Shown here piece after piece: positions 1 to 7,200 of a DNA stretch of 17,696 bases; the stretch's first letter is position 1; every line of letters begins with the position of its first letter. Made by a program: the position numbers and the translations under genes. Where the stretch lies: IMG/VR virus record IMGVR_UViG_3300031521_000017. The stretch is one strand, 5' to 3'. The notes under the pieces were generated by a model, which did no database searches, was not told the DNA's origin, and was given only the letters and a program-made list of their open reading frames with translations. The DNA comes from a virus.

Positions 1-1700
1 GCCGCAATAAATCCATTAGGACAACTTGCAATCCCTCTAGCTGTATCTAGAGTTACAAATGTATTAGAGCTGGTAGTTAAATCAGAAAGAATCTCGGAAG
101 ACGCTTCCGCAACCTCAATATTGATTTGAGTTCCAAATCCTACTGAGACAGGAATTGTTTCTGCGACGCCTTCAGATGCCGTTAAGATAAACTCAGTATC
201 TCTCAGAATACTAATATCACTTAAAGAATCCGCAGAGGCATCCGCGATAGATAAAGTTACAAACTCATCTGTAACACTTCCAAGCGAGTCACTCTCGGCA
301 AGCGCTTCAGCGACAACCAATTCAGTTTGAGTATCTGTAATAATGTCAATATCAGCAGAAAAAGAATAACTCTCCGTGCTAGGAATTAAGACTAGACTAT
401 CTATGAGAGTAATTGAGTTTAAACTAGACAAAGCTTCTGATATAGAATCTGCGGGAGAGATCAAAACACTTGTATCAAATAAAGGTAGTATATCTGGGAA
501 AATCTCTCCAGCCGCTTCAGATATAATTAAATCTATCTGAGTATCAGTTTTGATTAATTCTAAAGAACTTTCTGCATTTGCTTCTGAAATTGTCAGGATA
601 ACAACAGTATCATTAATATAAGTAAATTGATTAGGGGTATTTCCTATTGTATCATCACTTATTGAAATTAAAGTAATAGTATCTGTCTTAAAAATAACAC
701 CTGATAATATATCTGCCGCAGCTTCTGAAATAACAAGACTCTCTTGAGTATCTGTTAATACAATAAAATTAGAAAAACAGGTTGAGTCAGATTCAGCAAC
801 ACTTAAAGCCATCAGAGTTGGGCTAGTAGTTGTTATTCCGTCTGCTATATTAGCAGACGCTTCTGCAATCATATTCTCAATAACTGTATCTGTTGCGTAA
901 ACAATCTGATTGAGAGTTTCCGCATTCGCAAAAGCAATACTAATTTCCTTTTGAGTATCTGTAACTACACTTCCAAAAGAACTTTCTGATATTGCTTCGG
1001 CAATTACTAATACAGAAGTTGTATCTGGCGCGGTGTTATATGTTATTTCAGAAGAAGCATCTGATAATGCCTCCGAAATAGATAATACTATATTGGTGTC
1101 AGTCCTAAAACTAATATCACTTAAATTATCAACAGTAGAATCGCTAATCCCCAAAGACACTATAGTGTCTGTTGAATATGTAATTTGATTAGGAATGTCT
1201 GCAATAGCATCTGAAATAACGGGTGGTGCTCTAGTATCTGTTGTACTAACGTATCCAGTTGGAATATCAATATTCGCGTCTGAGACTGGGATTGGAATAG
1301 AGGTGTCGGTTATATAGAGTAAGGTCGACGGATTGTTTCCATTAGCTTCAGTAACAATAAGTATCTGAATAGTCGTTGTTGTGATAGATATAGAATTAGG
1401 GCTGTCCCCTATTGCTTCCGCAATAGAAGAAATTTGATTACTAGGCTCAAAAGTTATAATTCCATTCAAAGCATCTACTACTGCATCAGAAATAACTAGA
1501 ACTGAGTTAGTTGGCTCAACTGTTGTGATTGCATTTGGGAAGTTTCCAATTGCGCTAGAGACTACTAATATTTGGCCAGACGGTTCAGAAGTAGTAATGG
1601 TGGAAGGGGAGCTCCCTGTCGCATTAGCAGCTACCAATGTTTGACTGGAAATAGTTAAAGTGTAAAATTGAATGTTTGTGCCATAAGAGGTTCCGGCACT
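1..1700 (-). repeat. Degenerate in-frame tandem repeat, ~69-nt period (23 aa), at least 20 copies, encoding the pattern [IV][SA]EA.[SA].[DE]....I.[FY].TDT..[SL][LV]. It lies inside the fibre gene and continues past the window edge.
   Basis: The recurring plus-strand motif gc(t/a)tc(t/c)ga(a/t)at is spaced at multiples of about 65-72 nt. Occurrences are at about 107, 172, 241, 306, 437, 517, 581, 722, 860, 997, 1067, 1207, 1417, 1485 and 1557. The translated protein shows matching 22-25-aa units, for example ISEAAADILSGVIFKTDTITLIS and ISEANAESSLELIKTDTQIDLI. Confidence 0.8.
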
Positions 1701-3341
1701 ATTCGTAGCATAAGCTCTATAGTAATAGAATGTAGAATGCGTCAATCCCGCTATATCTCCAGAGAAAGTTCCTGTGGTTCCTGAAATAATTATTTTACTG
1801 TCTACTATTGTCGGATTCGCACTGGTTCTATAGCAAAATCCTCGTTCAGTAATAGTTGCCCCACCATCTGCTGTAATATTACCATTAGCAGTCGCTCCTG
1901 ATGTAGTAATATTAGTAGCCGCAGAATCTGTTACTGTCGGGGTTAGTATGGCGGTGAAATTAGCGGTTACTGTTTTATTGGCAGTAATACTTGTATCGGT
2001 ACGCGAAGCTGTGGTGACTCCATCAGACCAATTAACAAATATATATCCTCCATTAGGAACCGCTGTAACTTGAGACCCATTAGATCCATGGTTAACTGTC
2101 TGTGGAGTGGTTCCTGAAATAGTTCCACCAGTGCCTGCATTGTATGTTAAAGTATACGAATTAATATAGAAATATGCAATAACACTCTTATCTGCTGTAA
2201 CATTCGTATCAGTTCTAGCTGCTGTCCCAACACTGTCTGACCAAATTAAGAAATAGTATCCAGTATTTGGGACTGCTGTTACTTGAGTTCCACTCCCTCC
2301 ATTTGCAACAGTTTGAGGAGTGGTTCCTGAAATAGATCCATTACCAGCAGAGGTGTATGTAAGAGTATAATTTTGGACAGAGGAAGTGGTAAATTGGATA
2401 TCTGTGCCGTAACTTGTCCCAACTGAGTTGGTTGCATAAGCACGATAATGATATAAAGTGCCAGCAGCGAGACCGGTCATACTTCCTGAGTATGAGCCTG
2501 TCGTTCCAGATACAATTATTTTTGAATTAGCAGTTGTTGGGTTTGCACTCGTGCTCCAACAGAATCCTCGTTCTGTAATGCCGGCTCCACCATCTGCGGT
2601 GACATTACCATTGCCTGTCGCAGAAGACTGTCCTACGCTAGTAGCCGCAGAAGTTGTTACCGTAGGAGCTGTTGCAGCCGAAGTTGTTGAAAATTGTTGA
2701 TTAGCACTGTACGTGAGTCCGGCAGAGTTCTGTGCATAGGCGCGATAATAATATCCAGTGCTCGCGGTGAGCCCAGTTATTGAGCCATTGATAGCTCCTG
2801 CCGCCCCGGCACCCAATGAAACATAGTGTCCTGCACCAATGGTCGGGTTCGGACTTGTGCCCCAACAAAAACCTCTGGCGGTAAGCGTTCCCCCGCCATC
2901 TGAAGTAATATTGGCATTTCCAGTAGCAGATGTTGATCCTATGTTAGTCGCAGCAGAAATAGATATAGAAGGAGGGACTACTGTCACATCATTATTTGTA
3001 AACCACATTTCTTGACCAGATCCCGCATACCAGTCTCCGGCATTCGGTACAGATGTTTGTGTTCCAGAAGCGACCAATCCACTATCAAGGAAAACTTGCC
3101 AAGATGACTCATTAAGAGACAGTTCAACGATACTATTTTCTGAAGGATAAACCTCAGCAGAAAACAGAGTTGTCCATGACGGCAATGAATACATAGTAAT
3201 CATGCCTGAGTTGGTGTCAGCATATACAGATAAATATGTTCCTCCAGTAGCACGAGCTATGATGGATGCATCGGGGTATCCCATACCATAGTTATAGGTA
3301 ATAGCGACCCCTAAAAGGCCATTCTTACAACTGCGAGTCAT
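1..3341 (-). CDS. Partial (C-terminus beyond window start) large tail fibre / receptor-binding-like protein, at least 1113 aa. It has an N-terminal beta-sandwich-like region (~130 aa), then FN3-like, FN3-like, Listeria-Bacteroides repeat, Listeria-Bacteroides repeat, FN3-like, then a long array of 23-aa acidic repeats.
   Basis: The minus-strand frame is open from the ATG at 3339-3341 (plus-strand cat) to position 1, with no stop. The RBS GGAG lies ~6 nt upstream, overlapping the stop of the upstream ORF. My own translation shows three copies of the motif T.RGFCW.TS.NPT...G...G.tgL...T.YyYRAYAtNSaG.sYg, which is an FN3-like module common in Firmicutes surface and phage proteins. The RGFCW codons sit at about 2865-2885, 2558-2590 and 1829-1865. 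Two copies match the Listeria-Bacteroides repeat (Flg_new) pattern YTLTY.aG.GG.ISGTTPQTV..G..G.QVTAVPN.GY.F..WSD.V.TA.RTDT..TA.K.V.A.F, at about 2226-2430 and 2025-2225. A degenerate repeat follows. Not listed in the ORF track, presumably because it is truncated by the window edge. Confidence 0.85.
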   Translation of the reverse strand, partial: MTRSCKNGLLGVAITYNYGMGYPDASIIARATGGTYLSVYADTNSGMITMYSLPSWTTLFSAEVYPSENSIVELSLNESSWQVFLDSGLVASGTQTSVPNAGDWYAGSGQEMWFTNNDVTVVPPSISISAATNIGSTSATGNANITSDGGGTLTARGFCWGTSPNPTIGAGHYVSLGAGAAGAINGSITGLTASTGYYYRAYAQNSAGLTYSANQQFSTTSAATAPTVTTSAATSVGQSSATGNGNVTADGGAGITERGFCWSTSANPTTANSKIIVSGTTGSYSGSMTGLAAGTLYHYRAYATNSVGTSYGTDIQFTTSSVQNYTLTYTSAGNGSISGTTPQTVANGGSGTQVTAVPNTGYYFLIWSDSVGTAARTDTNVTADKSVIAYFYINSYTLTYNAGTGGTISGTTPQTVNHGSNGSQVTAVPNGGYIFVNWSDGVTTASRTDTSITANKTVTANFTAILTPTVTDSAATNITTSGATANGNITADGGATITERGFCYRTSANPTIVDSKIIISGTTGTFSGDIAGLTHSTFYYYRAYATNSAGTSYGTNIQFYTLTISSQTLVAANATGSSPSTITTSEPSGQILVVSSAIGNFPNAITTVEPTNSVLVISDAVVDALNGIITFEPSNQISSIAEAIGDSPNSISITTTTIQILIVTEANGNNPSTLLYITDTSIPIPVSDANIDIPTGYVSTTDTRAPPVISDAIADIPNQITYSTDTIVSLGISDSTVDNLSDISFRTDTNIVLSISEALSDASSEITYNTAPDTTSVLVIAEAISESSFGSVVTDTQKEISIAFANAETLNQIVYATDTVIENMIAEASANIADGITTTSPTLMALSVAESDSTCFSNFIVLTDTQESLVISEAAADILSGVIFKTDTITLISISDDTIGNTPNQFTYINDTVVILTISEANAESSLELIKTDTQIDLIISEAAGEIFPDILPLFDTSVLISPADSISEALSSLNSITLIDSLVLIPSTESYSFSADIDIITDTQTELVVAEALAESDSLGSVTDEFVTLSIADASADSLSDISILRDTEFILTASEGVAETIPVSVGFGTQINIEVAEASSEILSDLTTSSNTFVTLDTARGIASCPNGFIA

Positions 3342-3344
3342 GGT

Positions 3345-3635
3345 TTACTCCAAAAATTGAATTGTTGGCAATTTAGTCCTAGGATAGCGACGTCGATAAG
3401 GATCTCCAGTTTGGGCATCCTGATTGGGATAATTACTATCAAAGATTGCCCAATTTTCTGGAGTCGCAGCAACGATAAAAACAGGATCTCCATCTCCTAT
3501 ATCTCTTGTAGAAAATCCTTTATGTAGAGTAGGCTCTTGAGTAATAAAAGGGACGTTTATTTCTACTTCATTTGGCCCTATTTTTTGAGTTACTTTTACT
3601 ATATCACAAGAATAAAATCTTTCTTCTAAGGCCAT
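3345..3635 (-). CDS. Hypothetical small protein (96 aa) in the tail-tip module.
   Basis: ATG start at 3633-3635. An AAGGA motif sits ~11 nt upstream and overlaps the TAA stop of the preceding gene, which suggests translational coupling. Its stop lies 3 nt before the start of the downstream fibre gene. It is co-oriented and tightly packed. I recognise no domain. Confidence 0.6.
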   Translation of the reverse strand: MALEERFYSCDIVKVTQKIGPNEVEINVPFITQEPTLHKGFSTRDIGDGDPVFIVAATPENWAIFDSNYPNQDAQTGDPYRRRYPRTKLPTIQFLE

Positions 3636-3649
3636 GTAGAATCACATCC

Positions 3650-4081
3650 TTAAGAAACAGTGATTCGGGCAAGTCCCAAAGCGTCAAGTTGAATAGTATG
3701 CGTTCCCGCAGGCACTACAACATCGGCACCCATATCAGCATAGCACATAACAACACCAGAAGTGGTGTCATAGAATACGATATAACGATAGGTGAATCCT
3801 GCACCAGTGGCAGTAATTACAATATCAGCTGCGTCAAAAGTAGTAATTAATGCGGCAGTCGTCAATGTAAGAGAAGTTAACGCAACTCCACCTGTGGTAT
3901 ACCCAGTCCCAGAAGCCACTTGGTTAGAAGTATAAGGAGCAGAAGAGAATAAGGTATCATTTGTTTGAGAAGGGGTTAAAGAACTTGTAAATAGAGCAGC
4001 TTTCATTGTATTGCTTGCGTAAGCTTGCTTTAATGAAAGTTGTGAATAAAACTTAGCATATTGCTTAGCAGTAACAGCCAT
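3650..4081 (-). CDS. Hypothetical phage structural protein (143 aa), Thr/Ser/Gly/Ala-rich and probably beta-rich.
   Basis: ATG at 4079-4081 with a strong RBS AAGGAGA 5-6 nt upstream. The composition is typical of small phage tail or baseplate accessory proteins. I recognise no specific family. Confidence 0.7.
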   Translation of the reverse strand: MAVTAKQYAKFYSQLSLKQAYASNTMKAALFTSSLTPSQTNDTLFSSAPYTSNQVASGTGYTTGGVALTSLTLTTAALITTFDAADIVITATGAGFTYRYIVFYDTTSGVVMCYADMGADVVVPAGTHTIQLDALGLARITVS

Positions 4082-4118
4082 TTTATCTCCTTAAATCGAA
4101 AGTTTATGTTTGGTTTGT

Positions 4119-4150
4119 AGGATTGCTTTCACTTTAATGGAAGCAATCCT
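4119..4150. other. Stem-loop: 12-bp stem with one G-U pair (aggattgctttc / ggaagcaatcct) and an 8-nt loop, in the 129-nt intergenic region. On the minus strand it lies about 40 nt upstream of the 143-aa ORF start.
   Basis: Inverted repeat read directly from the sequence. No U-tract follows on the minus strand, and only a weak one on the plus strand. It is therefore more likely a leader, processing or stability structure than a terminator. Confidence 0.45.
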
Positions 4151-4210
4151 ATGTTCGTTATATCTTAAAAAATAACCTATTTGGTTGTCTTAAGTGGGTT
4201 AAAATGTTTA

Positions 4211-7200
4211 TTAGAAGAATTCATAATGTAAAATAGAATTATTCAATACATCATAAGTTTCTCCAGCATTTAAAGTACAACGAAAATTGTAAGTAACGCC
4301 AGATGTTACTGGGATAGAACAATAAATAGGACAATTGATTGTTGTATTTGCGATAGGCCCATGCCATATTCTAGTCGTGAAAAATTGTCCATCAGTATCA
4401 CTCGAAATGGATGAATTTCTAAGATAGATATCTACCCATCCAGTTGAATCAGAAAGGGATAGAGAATCAAGTCTTAACAATCCAGAAATCTTTACAGTTC
4501 CATCTCGGTTGGGAGTGAAAGCCCCATTATTATTATTGAGTGTTATTTTAGAAAGAGAAAGGATATCAGATAAGGAGGCAGATCTTGATAATAAACTCGC
4601 AGTTAGCGTCTTCATTCCAAGACTAACTGCCGCAGGATAACCTTCAAAAGTAGCAGACCCAGTCACAACAATAGATTTGTCTATGGCCAATTTTACAGTT
4701 TGATAAGCTCCGTCATAAGAAGTGGGGCTTAAAGTGACCATACCTGTATCAACACCAAGAAGATTCATCCCATCTCGATAAACAATTAGTTTGTCAGTTA
4801 TAACCCCTTTTTCTCCATAAAGAGGACTAACCGAATCGCTCAATGAGGAAATAAGATCTGTCCCAAAACATCCTGTCCCTGTGAAAGAAGCTTTAGGAAT
4901 TCGAACTCTTGGGGAGTCTAATTCAATATTACCACTTCCATTACTATTAAGATTATTAGAGGAAAGTATAATTCCATCATTTCCTTGTAAAGTAACCTCA
5001 TCTCTTAACTGACCATTTGTTGAGCTGTGGAAAAAACGCAAAAAAGAATTCCCGAGATTATTACTTATATTAAACACACTCATAGAACCAATATTAAATC
5101 CATTTATTGCTCCGGTAAGAAGACCCCCCATTCCTTTAAGTCTTAAGCCTCCATATTCAAGAGCGACTCCCTCTAAAGGATCTTCTGTGTCAGGGTTGGT
5201 TTGGAAGAAAGATGCCCCGGTAATTGATCCTCCTATAATATCTCCTCCATAAATAGTTAAATTTCCATCCCACTTTAAATATTTAGAAGCATTCCCAATA
5301 ACAAATTGATATAGATAATTTTTTAATCCCATCCAAAAGCCGCCACCCGCAGGAGGAGCGCCGTCGGTTATTTCCATACCATGATGAATTACGGGAGTAT
5401 CCATATCAATTTCTGCTTTGACATAGTCTGCCTTCATTATCTGTTTCCAAGGAGTGTCCCAAGGAGGAGAAACTAAAGCATTTCCATCCCCAAGAATAAG
5501 AGCTCTTGTTACCCAAACTTCATCTGTACTATTCTCTTGAACAGGTTGTTTATCTAACCATCCAGAAGGGCTAGGAGAAGTGTTATCTGGAATAGTAACG
5601 CTCGTCGTTCCGGCAGGAAACAGCTTATAAATAGTCTTTATCCAATTCCCTGTTGGGCCAGTAACACTAGTTCCATCAGAAACGACCAATACTGTCTTAT
5701 AATCAACTTGGGTATTGAATCCAGAGTCAGTATAAAGACGACAACGAATTGCTTTATAAGTATTTGATAAAGTAATAACTTTACTAGAGTTAAACCCCGA
5801 TCCAGATGGAATATCAAGATAGTTCAATCCATCAGTAGTATATTGTGTTTTATAGTAACCAGTATAAGAAGCTCTTGTCTCTCCAGATGTTCGAAAAAAA
5901 CTAAATAAAACTTGCGTTGGAGTAAATCCTGTAGAACTTTTTACAACTGTTTGAACACTGGGAGATATATCATAGATAACTGCGTCGTTTCCTTTCGCAC
6001 CGTCTTGAACCTTATAAAGAGTTATAACATCTGATACACTAGAATCTTCAATACTAACTGTCTTGATTGTTATAGATTTTGCGGTAGTTGCCCAAAGGCC
6101 TAAAGGAGATTGATAGCCAATAGTTAAAGTTACTGGATTAGAATCTGTCCAAATTGGGTCAGTAATCCCAACTGACATTGCCGTAGTAGGAGCAGCTCCA
6201 TCTAGACCATAATACCAATGGTAAGCATTCGCTAAATTAGGACTAGGAGAAGAAAGACCCGATTGAATTATCGAAAGTGTGATAGTAGTATTCCCTACAA
6301 TTTGTCCAGTAGTATTAAAATTAAAAATTTGTGGCCCAATAAGAGAAAGAGTTTTCGCAATTCCATTAATTCCAGCAATAGCTTTTGATATAGTTACTGT
6401 TTTTTGAATCGTTACTCCGCCATAAATAACTTGTAATATAACTATCGCTAAGTTTGAAGTTAGTTCTGTTAATGTATAAACACCTGTAGAACTAATATTC
6501 ATATTACATCCAGATTGGCTTACTTTGGAATAAATAGTAGTTGGAGAACCCGAACTTGTTTTTTCAAGAGTGCCATCAAATACTCTAAAAATTCCATTGG
6601 CAGGAGTCAAATCTCCATTAAGGATATTTCCCGCAGAATCTGCGGCTAAAGTAGTATTCTCATTCGTTAAGAATCCAACAATAGCATTGGCTCCAGTAGC
6701 CCCAGTTTTAGATTTCGCTATACTATAGCTTGTTATGTAATTTTTTGAAACTCCATTGATTACAACGGAAGCGGTGATAGTAAAAATTTCGTTGTTAGAA
6801 GTCCAGACAGTATTTTGAGAAAGGTTAATAGTTCCATTTGTGCTTACAGAAAGTTTCAGTCCATGTTGAGTAATTCCTTCTGAGGCAAGAGAAGGCGAAT
6901 AGGTAATCCCAGAAGTTAATAAATTCCCTCCCTTATAAATTTTTACTGCATTCCCTGATGGGAGAGAGGTTACACCCCCATCTTTGTCAGCAGCAACTAC
7001 ATCTGCCTCTGAGATAAGATCAATCAAAACTGTATCATCGCCTTTTTTAGATTTAGCAATTGTATAAGTAGCATTATATACAACATTATTATAACTCGCG
7101 GCGAAAGGAAAACTTACAGAACTGCTAGCAGCAGCCCAAGTTCCAGAAAAAGTTACTACACCACTAGTTGAAATTGTCGCAGTTAATCCGCTTACAGTTA

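Noticed and set aside
2458-2700. Plus-strand 80-aa ORF
   Set aside because: It lies antisense inside the continuous minus-strand fibre gene, whose frame is open to 3341. It has no RBS, and its Ala/Val/Pro-rich composition is a mirror artefact of the antisense repeat codons.
3572-3850. Plus-strand 92-aa ORF overlapping the 96-aa and 143-aa minus-strand genes
   Set aside because: Antisense to two co-oriented, RBS-bearing ORFs. Low-complexity translation (LLLLYHKNKIFLL). No start context.
5897-5903. A7 homopolymer (T7 on the coding strand) and an AAT x4 triplet at about 4527-4540 inside the 1562-aa gene, considered as phase-variation slip sites
   Set aside because: The tracts are too short for efficient slipped-strand mispairing. 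They encode ordinary Phe-Phe and Asn x4 runs, and there is no evidence of an alternative frame continuing.
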